Assembly (NCBI GenBank): GCA_001784475.1
Contig: MFRE01000022.1
Span: 44,234 to 108,233, forward strand
Source of the DNA: Candidatus Magasanikbacteria bacterium RIFOXYD2_FULL_41_14
GTDB lineage: Bacteria > Patescibacteriota > Patescibacteriia > Magasanikbacterales > GWA2-37-8
Length of the DNA: 64,000 nt
Direction of reading: 5' to 3'
The position numbers and the translations under genes were made by a program. Numbering within the stretch: the stretch's first letter is position 1; each line of letters begins with the position of its first letter. Below are positions 1 through 9,137 of this stretch, piece after piece. Below the pieces are notes generated by a model. The model searched no databases and was not told where the DNA came from. It saw only the letters and a list, made by a program, of their open reading frames with translations.

Positions 1-2430
1 CTTCTTTAAACCGCATCAGTCGGGTGCCTTGGGTGGCGCGACCAGAAGTGGCGATTGATTTGAACGGCAAACGGATTACTTGGCCGTGCGTGGAAATTAA
101 CATTAAATCTTTGGTGTCAGCATCAACCCGGTCAATAACGCGTCCGTGAATAAGCCAACCGGTTTTTTTGGTGATTTCCGTGGTTTTGATACCAGAGCCA
201 CCGCGTCCTTGCAAGCGATATTCTGCGAGTGGCGTGCGTTTGCCAACGCCATTTTCTCCGACAGTTAAAAATTCTAATGATTTGTTTTTGGGATCAACAA
301 TATCCATGCCAATTACTTCGTCATCGCTTTTTAGACGCATCCCGCGGACACCGGCGGCATTACGGCCCATTTCGCGTACATCTTTTTCGCGGAAACGAAT
401 CGCTAAGCCTGCTTTAGTCGCGATCATAATTTCGTCGTCGCCAGTGGAAGGGCGCACCCATTCTAAATTATCATCGGTTCTTAATTTAAGTGCGATTAAA
501 CCATTACGGCGGACATTGGCAAAATCTTCTATCGCAGATTTTTTGATGAGGCCCTTGCGCGTTACCATTACCAAGGATTGGGCGGTGCTTACATCCGACA
601 TGGCGAGCAAAGTGGTAACTTTTTCATTAGGGGATAGTTGCAAGAAATTGACCACTGCTTGGCCTTTGGCCGTGCGACTGGCTACTGGGATATCATAGGC
701 CATGAGTTGAAACACCCGCCCGCGATTGGTGAAAAACAAAATATTATCGTGGGTGTTGGTGGTAAGCAGGTGCTCCACTGTGTCTTCTTCTTTGGTGGTA
801 ACGCCAATCACTCCCTTGCCTCCGCGCGTTTGTTGGCGGAAAGTGTCGGGGTCAAGGCGTTTGATATAGCCATCAGAAGTTACCATTACAATCGCCGGTT
901 CATTGGGAATTAAATCTTCGGTGGTAAATTCCTTGACTCCATGCGCGATTATTTTAGTGCGTCTGGGTGTGGCGTAGCGCTCTTTAATTTCGCTAATTTC
1001 AGTTTTGATTATTTTTGAAATTCTGGATTCTGATGACAAAATTGATTCTAATTCTTTGATTAATTCTTTTTTCTCTTTTAATTCATCTTCTATTTTTTGG
1101 CGCTCTAAATTAGCCAACTGTTGGAGCTTCATTTCCAAAATAGCAGTTGCTTGGCGATCGGAAAATTTAAATTTGCTGATTAAGTTTTTCTTGGCTTCTT
1201 CTTTATCGCTACTGGCGCGAATTGTTTTAATAATTAAGTCAATTTTATCCAGCGCCATTTTTAGACCTTCTAAAATATGAGCGCGATCGCGGGCTTTTTC
1301 TAAATCAAACTCGGTACGACGACGAATAACCACGCGGCGGTGTTTGATAAATTCTTCTAAAATGTTTTTTAAATTCAAAACGCGTGGCTGAATACCATCC
1401 ACTAGCGCCAAGAGATTGACGTGGAAAGAGGTTTGTAAATCAGTGGTTTTGTATAAATGGTTTAATACTTTTTGCGGGTAGGCATCTTTTTTTAAATCAA
1501 TTACCACGCGTACGCCGTCTTTGTTGCTTTCATCGCGCAGATCGCGGATGCCTTCAATTTTCTTTTCTTGTACCAAATTGGCGATTTTTTCAATCATCTC
1601 TGCTTTGTTGACTTGATAGGGGACTTCCGTAACAATGATTTGGAATTGACCAGCTTTTGGTTCTTGAATTTCGGTTTGTGCGCGCATCACGATACCGGCT
1701 TTGCCAGTAGCATAAGCGGCTAAAATATCTTTTTTGTTATAAATAATGCCACCAGTGGGGAAGTCCGGGCCTTTAATAATTTCCGCTAATTCCTCAATAG
1801 TGGTTTTCGGTTCATCAATTAATCGGACAACACCATCGCAGAGTTCTCCTAAATTATGAGGGGGGATTGACGTGGCCATGCCGACCGCGATGCCCATAGT
1901 GCCATTGAGTAGCAAGTTTGGTAATTTTGCCGGCAGGACACTTGGTTCATTGTGCGAACCATCGTAGTTTGGGGTAAAATTAACTGTGTTTCTTTCAATG
2001 TCCGTTAGCATTTCTTCGGCTATGGCTTTTAATTTCGCTTCAGTATAGCGGTAGGCCGCCGCGCTGTCGCCGTCCATTGAACCGAAATTGCCTTGGCCAT
2101 CAACTAATGGGTGGCGCATGGCAAATTCCTGGGCCATACGAACCATAGAATCATAAATAGCGGCATCACCGTGTGGGTGATATTTAGCCATAACTTCACC
2201 GACGACATGCGCGGACTTGCGGTATTTGGCGTTATGGCGCAAACCCATAGTCCACATAGCGTAAAGAATACGGCGGTGAACTGGTTTTAAGCCATCGCGG
2301 ACATCTGGTAAAGCGCGCGCGACAATTACGCTCATGGCATATTCCAAATATGAACGTTTTACTTCGTCAACAATTGGAGTTAAAGTTAGCTTGCCGATGT
2401 CGCCTTTTGGTAGCGGAATTTTTTCTTGCA
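1..2430 (-). CDS. gyrA: DNA gyrase subunit A, N-terminal ~810 aa; 3' end of gene lies beyond window start
   Basis: Minus-strand translation from ATG at 2430 reads [59 protein letters not shown]..., the canonical GyrA N-terminus with the active-site Tyr region. The ORF is open to position 1. Plus-strand ORFs here are antisense artefacts. Confidence 0.9.
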
Positions 2431-2446
2431 TATATCAATTTTGAAA

Positions 2447-2866
2447 TCATTGTTTAAGGGTAGTAGAAACAGTGGCAGTTGCGGTTGTTGGCGTAGAAGA
2501 CGCGCTGGTGGGTGTGTTGGCAGTAGCTGAATTTTTTAGTAATTGAATTATTATTGCTATTTTTTCTTTTACTAATTCTTTTTTGGTGTCGTGATTTTTA
2601 GTCAATTTGAAAGCTTCTTCCCAGCTTTGTTGACCTTGGGTAAAAAGTTGTTTTTCTTTAGATTGGCCAAAATTAAGAATGGAAATTTGATTGTAAATGG
2701 AATAGCCCCAGAGAGTGGCGATAATTGTCCCCACCGCTATCACTAGAAACCAAAGCCAATTAGAAATCGCTTGTTTGGGAGTAGCTAGTTGACGCAAACG
2801 TGCCAAGTCCTCGGTTTTATCTTCGGTCGCCAGCATCTTTTTTTTATTTTTTTTAACAGATGCCAT
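2447..2866 (-). CDS. small membrane protein (one TM helix, Thr/Ala-rich C-terminal tail), unknown function
   Basis: 139-aa ORF in tight tandem with gyrA. Hydrophobic segment WLWFLVIAVGTIIATLWGYSIY. Confidence 0.45.
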   Translation of the reverse strand: MASVKKNKKKMLATEDKTEDLARLRQLATPKQAISNWLWFLVIAVGTIIATLWGYSIYNQISILNFGQSKEKQLFTQGQQSWEEAFKLTKNHDTKKELVKEKIAIIIQLLKNSATANTPTSASSTPTTATATVSTTLKQ

Positions 2867-2877
2867 ATTTGGCTATG

Positions 2878-3492
2878 TCAGTAATTTTTTTCTAAAATAT
2901 ATAATTTTCTGTCGTCTTGCGGTAGGTCTTTCTTTTTTATAATAATTTTTTTATCAGTTATTTCCGGTTTAATCCCCAACTCTTTTACAAAATTCTCAAC
3001 CGGCAATACGTTTTTATCAGTGTCGCAATGATAGGCGATCGGGATGACAATTCGGGGTTCTAATTCGTTGACAGTTTCAGCGGCTTTGTCTGGGTCAAGA
3101 TAAACATTTTTACCACCGACTGGCAATAATAAAATATCAATGTTGCCGAGTTTGTCAATTAAGGAGGTGTCTATTTTAGTTTTAGTTGTTCCCAAATGGA
3201 CAATAGACAACCCTTCGGCGTTAAGTTTGAAAATTATGCCGTCAGCATGTGGGTAGGCGTAAATCATCACTCCTTTAACTTCGCACTCTCCCAAGGTGTC
3301 TAGTACGAAAGGGTTTTGCATCAAGGTTATCGTCCCGTTTGGGCCATGGGAAAATAGGGCGATATTGGCTGCCAAATTTTTGGGGAAATCGCCTTGTTCA
3401 GGACGGTAGGGGTTTATCAGGATTACCACATCTTCGTCCAAGTTTTTGGTTTGGAGTTTGACACAGGTGTTGCCGAGCCAGGAAATATGCAT
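2878..3492 (-). CDS. metallo-beta-lactamase-fold hydrolase
   Basis: 204 aa, general MBL-fold architecture with His/Asp-rich patches (SHGP, YPHAD). No exact motif was verified. Confidence 0.55.
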   Translation of the reverse strand: MHISWLGNTCVKLQTKNLDEDVVILINPYRPEQGDFPKNLAANIALFSHGPNGTITLMQNPFVLDTLGECEVKGVMIYAYPHADGIIFKLNAEGLSIVHLGTTKTKIDTSLIDKLGNIDILLLPVGGKNVYLDPDKAAETVNELEPRIVIPIAYHCDTDKNVLPVENFVKELGIKPEITDKKIIIKKKDLPQDDRKLYILEKNY

Positions 3493-3515
3493 ATATAAAT
3501 ATTTGACATTTTAAC

Positions 3516-3533
3516 TGTGATAATTTTATCACA
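3516..3533. promoter_or_regulatory. 18-bp perfect palindrome TGTGATAATTTTATCACA in divergent promoter region (candidate operator)
   Basis: Read directly from sequence. Lies between the divergent gene starts at 3492(-) and 3592(+), next to a TTGACA hexamer at 3503-3508. Confidence 0.4.
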
Positions 3534-3591
3534 TTATCGGCTTGAAGACAAGGGGGTAATTAGAATATTTAATTGAAGAAATAATGTTTAT

Positions 3592-5751
3592 GTGATAAAA
3601 TATCGGTATAATTTTATGAGCGTTAAATTTAACTTTTTTCAGAATATTAAATCAATCTTAAAATTTTTTTTTGGAGTTGCCATTTTTGCGGTAATTCTTG
3701 TTTGGTTTTATTCTGATGCCAAACCGATTTGGCAAAATCCACGCATACCACCGCAAATTCAAACCGCGCAGGCGGTTACTTGGTATAATACCAGTTGGTT
3801 ATATCGAAAAACAATTACGATTGATTACACCAAGGTTTCTACCACTTTGGCAAATTTTCCAGTAATGGTGAGTACGACTGATGCTAATTTAGTAGCTTAT
3901 GCGTCTTCTACTGGCGCTGATATTTTGTTTACTGATTCAAGTGGTACCAAATTAAATCACGAAATTGAAAGTTATACCAGCGCTACCGGTAAGTTAATCA
4001 CTTGGGTGAAGGTGACGAGCTTGTCTAATTCGGCAAATACTATTCTTTATATGTATTATGGCAATACGGGGGCAGCTGATCAGCAAAATATTACGGGGAC
4101 ATGGGATTCAAATTATGTGGGCGTATGGCACATGAAAGAAAATCCGTCCGGTTCGGCGCCCCAGATGAAAGATAGCACGACTAATGCCAATCATGGCACT
4201 ACTCAAGGTTCAATGCCTTCCGGATCCTTGGTAAACGCGCAGATTGGCGATGGTTTGGATTTTAATGGTTCCAGTTATTATGTCTCTCTTCCGGTTACAT
4301 CCTCGCTTAATATCACCGGGGCGATTACTGTTGAGACCTGGGTTTACGCGGATGCTCTTTCGTCGGCTAGAAGGTTTGTGTCTAAAAACAACACCGTAAC
4401 CAAATCTTGGGAACTTAATTTTGAATCAGCTGTTGGTGGTTTAACTACCATGAGAGTTTTTGATGGCGGAACAATAAAACGTACGCAAGAAGCGGCAGCA
4501 ATGACGGTCGGATCTTGGTTCCATTATGTTGGTGTATTTGATCCCAGCACTGCCGTGATAATTTATAAAAACGGCTCACAAAGCGGAGCTCTAACTTCCG
4601 GAATTCCGGCAGCGCAGAACGACAATCCCAATATCGCGGTATTATTTGCTCGCAGTCCCTATGCTGGCTGTTTAAATTGTTATTTAGATGGCAAAATGGA
4701 TGAAGTGCGCGTTTCCAATGTGGCCCGCTCCGCCGGTTGGATTTTAACCGAATATAACAATCAATATTCACCGTCGACCTTTTATAGTATAGAAAGTACA
4801 GCACAAACCCCACCATTTTATGATCAAATTTATTATAAATTTTTTAATAATACTGATTCTACTGATGTTGGTTTAAAACTGGCGAACCAAAATTTACCAG
4901 CTACTTTATCGTCCGCTGGCGACCCGTTCCGTTTGCGCTTGGGTTTGCATGTAACCGGCAGTCAAATAGACGCTAGTGGCCAAAGTTTTAAATTACAGTT
5001 TGCGGAAAAATCAGGGGATTGTGACGGCACTTTTTCCGGTGAAAGTTATGCTGATGTAACCGGAGCGACCGTAATTGCGTATTATGATAATGCCACCCCT
5101 AATGATGGTGATAGTTTAACTATAAACGCGGGTGACCCAAATATTGGTAATAATGTGATTGAACAGACATATGAAGAGGCCAATAATTTTACCAATTCCG
5201 TGGGCGCAATCGCAATCGGCGAGGAAGGTTTGTGGGATTTTTCTTTATACGATAATGGCGCTACCGCCAATACGTCATATTGTTTGCGGTTAATTAAATC
5301 AGATGGTAATAATATTGATAGTTATACCGAAATACCGGAAATAATCACTGCGTCTGGTGTGTCGCCGATAGTGTCGGTGTCGGTTCAAGATGGCATTATT
5401 AATTATGGGTATTTGCCCGTTGGTTCCAGTACTACCACGATTGCCGTTGCAGATTCTCAAACGGTTACTAACGATGGTAATGTGGATATAGATTTGGGTA
5501 TCAAAGGTTCAACGTCCACGCCGGGCAATTGGACGCTGGGTTCGCAGGCAGGGGCAGACCAATATGTCCATGAATATTCGGTTGACGTCGGTGACACTTG
5601 GGTGCCACTTACTGCCGATTATCAACTTTTGGTTCCGGGAGTGCCGCCAGATGCCGGCGGTGTTATTGATTTTAGAATTCAAGTGCCAAGTTCAACTTCG
5701 GATTATAGCACGCAAAATGTTGATATTACTATTTTGGCGGTTCAGTCATAG
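3592..5751 (+). CDS. large secreted/membrane-anchored protein: N-terminal TM/signal, DUF2341-like region, concanavalin-A/LamG-like lectin region, C-terminal ~130-aa beta-rich module
   Basis: 719 aa. WYNTSWLYRKTITIDYTKVSTTLANFPVMV is typical of DUF2341. The middle part matches LamG/ConA-like glucanase-fold proteins. The start may instead be the second Met at 3616. Confidence 0.55.
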   Translation: MIKYRYNFMSVKFNFFQNIKSILKFFFGVAIFAVILVWFYSDAKPIWQNPRIPPQIQTAQAVTWYNTSWLYRKTITIDYTKVSTTLANFPVMVSTTDANLVAYASSTGADILFTDSSGTKLNHEIESYTSATGKLITWVKVTSLSNSANTILYMYYGNTGAADQQNITGTWDSNYVGVWHMKENPSGSAPQMKDSTTNANHGTTQGSMPSGSLVNAQIGDGLDFNGSSYYVSLPVTSSLNITGAITVETWVYADALSSARRFVSKNNTVTKSWELNFESAVGGLTTMRVFDGGTIKRTQEAAAMTVGSWFHYVGVFDPSTAVIIYKNGSQSGALTSGIPAAQNDNPNIAVLFARSPYAGCLNCYLDGKMDEVRVSNVARSAGWILTEYNNQYSPSTFYSIESTAQTPPFYDQIYYKFFNNTDSTDVGLKLANQNLPATLSSAGDPFRLRLGLHVTGSQIDASGQSFKLQFAEKSGDCDGTFSGESYADVTGATVIAYYDNATPNDGDSLTINAGDPNIGNNVIEQTYEEANNFTNSVGAIAIGEEGLWDFSLYDNGATANTSYCLRLIKSDGNNIDSYTEIPEIITASGVSPIVSVSVQDGIINYGYLPVGSSTTTIAVADSQTVTNDGNVDIDLGIKGSTSTPGNWTLGSQAGADQYVHEYSVDVGDTWVPLTADYQLLVPGVPPDAGGVIDFRIQVPSSTSDYSTQNVDITILAVQS

Positions 5752-5789
5752 TGGTGCTGTGGATAAGTACGCCCGCGCGCGGGGGGGGG

Positions 5790-5818
5790 TTGGAGATAAA
5801 AAAGTTATGTGGTATAAT
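5790..5818 (+). promoter_or_regulatory. sigma70-like promoter (TTGGAG-17-TGgTATAAT) preceded by a G9 tract
   Basis: -35 at 5790-5795, extended -10 TGGTATAAT at 5810-5818, G9 homopolymer at 5781-5789. Confidence 0.5.
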
Positions 5819-5848
5819 ATAGTTGTTAATTATTTAAATTTATTTTTT

Positions 5849-6343
5849 ATGAAAAATAAAAAATTGGATTTAGTTATAGGCGTGTTATTTGTGGTAGCGC
5901 TTGCGTTTGGGGTGTCGGCGCAAGGGGCTGATACCGGCACGGTATCAGCGACAGTAACAGTTCAAAATGTTTCATTAACTGTTTCCGATGGCACTGTTGC
6001 TTATGGCACACAATCAGCCGGTGCTATGACGAGCACGTTACTTACCGGAGATATCCAGACAGTTACTAACAATGGTAATATAACAGAAAATTTTAACATC
6101 AAAGGCCAAGATTCCGCCAACTGGACACTGGCTTCATCTAGTAGCACCGACCAGTATACCCACCAATTTTCCACTACGACTGGTTCCTCTTGGACTTCTC
6201 TAACTACCAGCTATGCCACTTTGGACACAAGCAAAGCGGCTGCCGCCACTTCTACTTTTGATTTGCGCATTTATGTGCCTTCCGCTTCCACCAACTATAC
6301 TTCTCAGAGTGTTGATGTTACCGTACAGGCGGTAGCCAGTTAA
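5849..6343 (+). CDS. small secreted protein (signal peptide), paralogous to the C-terminal module of the 3592-5751 protein
   Basis: ATG at 5849 gives MKNKKLDLVIGVLFVVALAFGVSAQG (signal peptide). The mature part aligns with the last ~130 aa of the upstream protein (TVTNDGN...NWTLxS...DQY.H....DVT.QAV). The listed ORF 5564..6343 is an upstream extension through the intergenic region. Confidence 0.55.
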   Translation: MKNKKLDLVIGVLFVVALAFGVSAQGADTGTVSATVTVQNVSLTVSDGTVAYGTQSAGAMTSTLLTGDIQTVTNNGNITENFNIKGQDSANWTLASSSSTDQYTHQFSTTTGSSWTSLTTSYATLDTSKAAAATSTFDLRIYVPSASTNYTSQSVDVTVQAVAS

Positions 6344-6353
6344 TAACTTTTTT

Positions 6354-6950
6354 ATGCGTAAAATCATAGTAATGGTTGGATTGATAAGTTTAGCTTTGAC
6401 TATACCACTTTTTGTTTCGGCGCGGGTGGGTGTGGGTGTTGGCGCTGGTAAAATTCAAATGACTGAACAATTAAAACCGGGCAAAACTTACGAATTGCCG
6501 GTTTTGCCGATTTTAAATACCGGTGATGAATTTTCCGCGTATGAAGCTACCGTGGAATATCATGAAAATATTCCCCAAATGTGGCCGAAGCGCGAGTGGT
6601 TTAAATTTACTCCTCAAACTTTTGAATTAGAACCGGGGCAGGTAAAAAATGTAAAAGTGGAATTGAGTTTGCCGGTAAACGCCAAGCCGGGAGAATACCG
6701 TGCTTATTTAGAAGGTCATCCGGTTAAAAAAAGTCGCGCTACCGGCGGGGCGGCGGTGGGTGTGGCTGCGGCGGCTGATTTGCGTTTTACGGTGGTGCCG
6801 GCCAATATATTGGCTGCTTGGTATTATAAAATAACAACTTTTTACAGTCGCTATCATCCTTACGATACGATCGGGTTGGCTTTGCTCGCGTCCGCTTATC
6901 TATTTTATTGGGTGAAAAAGAATTTTAAGTTTCAGATCGCGAAAAAGTGA
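6354..6950 (+). CDS. secreted protein with signal peptide and C-terminal TM anchor, unknown function
   Basis: 198 aa. N-terminal MRKIIVMVGLISLALTIPLFVSA, C-terminal hydrophobic helix plus a basic tail. Confidence 0.5.
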   Translation: MRKIIVMVGLISLALTIPLFVSARVGVGVGAGKIQMTEQLKPGKTYELPVLPILNTGDEFSAYEATVEYHENIPQMWPKREWFKFTPQTFELEPGQVKNVKVELSLPVNAKPGEYRAYLEGHPVKKSRATGGAAVGVAAAADLRFTVVPANILAAWYYKITTFYSRYHPYDTIGLALLASAYLFYWVKKNFKFQIAKK

Positions 6951-7016
6951 CATCCAACTCGCGCCGGATGTTATCCTGAGGAGTCATAGTGACGAAGGAT
7001 TTATTATCTTCTGTAC

Positions 7017-8087
7017 ATGAAAAGATTTTTGGTTCAATTCATTTTGTTTGTTTCACCCCTACTGGTTATATCATTAGGGGCTTTTTTTTCTTATCCTCAT
7101 CTGGTTTCGGCCGTGTCCACGGCGACGGTAGTCGCAACCATTAAAATAGAAGTTTGTGGTGATGGTGTAAAAGATGATAGTGAAGAGTGCGATGGCAGTG
7201 ATTTGAACGGCCAAACCTGTACCAATTTTAGTGGGTTCACGGGTGGAACATTATCCTGCTCGGCCGGATGTTTGTTTGCTATCACTGCTTGTACCAGTGG
7301 CGGAACTTCTCCCGGTGGTGGGGGCGGAGGAGGGGGCGGTGGCGGTATTCCACCAACGGAACCGGTAATTACGAGCGCGGTGTTTGTCGGTCGCGCTTAT
7401 CCGGGCAGTTTGGTAACACTTTTAAAAGATGGCCAAATAGCCATACGCACCGTGGCCGGACCGGACGCTAATTTTCAAATGACTTTGGCCGGACTATCTG
7501 CTGGCAATTATATTTTTTCTTTGTACACGACGGATAATATTGGTCGGCAATCATCGGCTTTGACTTTTCCGGTTTTTGTTACTAGTGGCGCGACTACCCG
7601 TGTTTCTGGAATTTTTTTAGCGCCGACCATTGCGGCTGATAAAAGTGAAGTAAAACGCGGAGACACTTTGTCTATTTTTGGCCAGTCTTTACCGCAAAGC
7701 GAAATTACGGTACAAGTGAATTCCACGCAAGAATTTTTTGCTAAAGCCAGAGCCGACAAAGACGGTGTGTATTTATATAATTTAGATACGGCATTTTTGG
7801 AAATCGGCGATCATAGCGCGCGTTCCAAATCCACGGTCGCGAACGAAATTAGCGCTTATAGCGATCGGATTGCTTTTAAAGTCGGGACAAAATCAGTGAA
7901 TGAAGCGGTGGATACAACTTATAAAAAAGCGGACTTAAACCGCGATGGTAGTATTAATTTGGTGGATTTTTCCGTGGCCGCATATTGGTATAAACGGAAG
8001 TCGCCGCCGGCGAAATATGATTTAAATAACGATGGCAAAATTGATTTGGTGGATTTTAGTATCATGGCCTACTACTGGACAGGATGA
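7017..8087 (+). CDS. secreted Cys-rich protein with G11 linker and C-terminal dockerin-type repeats
   Basis: Signal peptide. Cys-rich CGDGVKDDSEECDGSDLNGQTC segment. Poly-Gly run. Two Ca-binding-loop repeats, DLNRDGSINLVDFSVAAYWY and DLNNDGKIDLVDFSIMAYYW, typical of type I dockerin. Confidence 0.6.
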   Translation: MKRFLVQFILFVSPLLVISLGAFFSYPHLVSAVSTATVVATIKIEVCGDGVKDDSEECDGSDLNGQTCTNFSGFTGGTLSCSAGCLFAITACTSGGTSPGGGGGGGGGGGIPPTEPVITSAVFVGRAYPGSLVTLLKDGQIAIRTVAGPDANFQMTLAGLSAGNYIFSLYTTDNIGRQSSALTFPVFVTSGATTRVSGIFLAPTIAADKSEVKRGDTLSIFGQSLPQSEITVQVNSTQEFFAKARADKDGVYLYNLDTAFLEIGDHSARSKSTVANEISAYSDRIAFKVGTKSVNEAVDTTYKKADLNRDGSINLVDFSVAAYWYKRKSPPAKYDLNNDGKIDLVDFSIMAYYWTG

Positions 8088-8104
8088 GGGATTAAATAAT
8101 TAAC

Positions 8105-8177
8105 TGTCATTCCCGCGAAAGCGGGAATCCAGACGTTGGTCGTCGGCCATTGGATCCCCGCTTTCGCGGGGATGACA
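8105..8177. repeat. MITE-like inverted-repeat element (GTCATTCCCGCGAAAGCGGGAATCC...GGATCCCCGCTTTCGCGGGGATGAC)
   Basis: Terminal inverted repeats, two internal hairpins and a GGATCC core. Same family as the copies listed below. Confidence 0.6.
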
Positions 8178-8237
8178 AAAATATTCCCGCCAGAGCGGGT
8201 CGGCCTATGGCGGAAAAATGACAAATAAAATATCAAA

Positions 8238-9137
8238 ATGAAAAATGACAATGTAAAATTTAAAATTAATAAATTACGAAGTGCAGTATTAGTATTTGTA
8301 GTTGCGTTTTTATTTGTTGCGCCTGTGTCGGCCGCATCATTGTATTTTAATTCCCCAAAAACCGATTACAAAGTCGGTGAACAATTTACCGCCAGTGTTT
8401 TGGTGGATTCGGTTGATGAAGCGATTAACGCGTTTGAAGGAAAATTGGTTTTTTCTGATGATCAGTTGGAAGTGAAAGAAATTTTTATTGGTAATTCAGT
8501 GATAAATTTTTGGATTGACACTCCAAAAGTTGGAAATGGCGAAATTCAATTTTCTGGAATTGTTCCAGGCGGATTTCAGGGTGATAAAGGGTTGTTATTT
8601 TCAGCTGTATTTTTAGTTAATTCGATAGGCACGGGGGAAATTAATTTTTCTGATTATAAATTATTATTAAATGATGGTCGGGGGACGGCGGCGTTAACTG
8701 TGGTCGCAAATTTAAAATTAAACATTTTACCGGTTGCGCCCGGAACGGTTGCGCCTGAATATATGCCATTTCCCGATGGCACTTTACCCGAAGAATTTAC
8801 ACCAGAATTGACGCGTTCGTCGGGTGAATTTAATAATCAGTGGTTTTTAGTGTTTGCGACTCAAGACAAGGGTTCGGGGATTGATTATTATGAGGTGTGC
8901 GAGGGCAATCAAGATAATTGTGAAAAAACCGACAGCCCGTATATTTTAAAAGACCAAAATTTAGTTGGTAAAATTTTTGTGAAAGCGGTTGATAAGCGTG
9001 GCAACGGGCGAATGGTTGTTTTAGAACCGCCGGGCGGTTTGGTGTGGTATGAAAAATATCAAAATTATGTTATACTATTCTTAGTATTAGTTGCTTCTGT
9101 TTTGTTAGTCCTCAAAAAATATGCGCGGAGGGTTTAA
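8238..9137 (+). CDS. cohesin-like domain protein with signal peptide and C-terminal TM anchor
   Basis: 299 aa. N-terminal ~140 aa beta-sandwich-like module (SLYFNSPKTDYKVGEQFTASVLVDS...GEINFS) resembles cohesin modules and is paralogous to the N-terminus of the next ORF. C-terminal YVILFLVLVASVLLVL helix. Confidence 0.45.
   Translation: MKNDNVKFKINKLRSAVLVFVVAFLFVAPVSAASLYFNSPKTDYKVGEQFTASVLVDSVDEAINAFEGKLVFSDDQLEVKEIFIGNSVINFWIDTPKVGNGEIQFSGIVPGGFQGDKGLLFSAVFLVNSIGTGEINFSDYKLLLNDGRGTAALTVVANLKLNILPVAPGTVAPEYMPFPDGTLPEEFTPELTRSSGEFNNQWFLVFATQDKGSGIDYYEVCEGNQDNCEKTDSPYILKDQNLVGKIFVKAVDKRGNGRMVVLEPPGGLVWYEKYQNYVILFLVLVASVLLVLKKYARRV

Noticed and set aside
168-1280. Plus-strand ORFs (168..698, 229..417, 638..913, 1005..1280) inside the gyrA region
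   Set aside because: They are antisense to a clearly conserved GyrA reading frame on the minus strand and have low-complexity, non-protein-like translations.
4445-5270. Minus-strand ORFs 4445..4816 and 5082..5270
   Set aside because: They are embedded antisense in the 719-aa DUF2341/LamG gene and are Arg/Cys-rich artefacts.
5564-5848. N-terminal 95 codons of the listed ORF 5564..6343
   Set aside because: The extension runs through the intergenic promoter and G9 tract. The internal ATG at 5849 gives a textbook signal peptide right after the promoter.
7318-7350. Poly-Gly-encoding GGN repeat as a slippage tract
   Set aside because: The DNA is a mixed GGT/GGG/GGC/GGA sequence, not a pure repeat, so slipped-strand variation is unlikely. 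It is noted only as a flexible linker.
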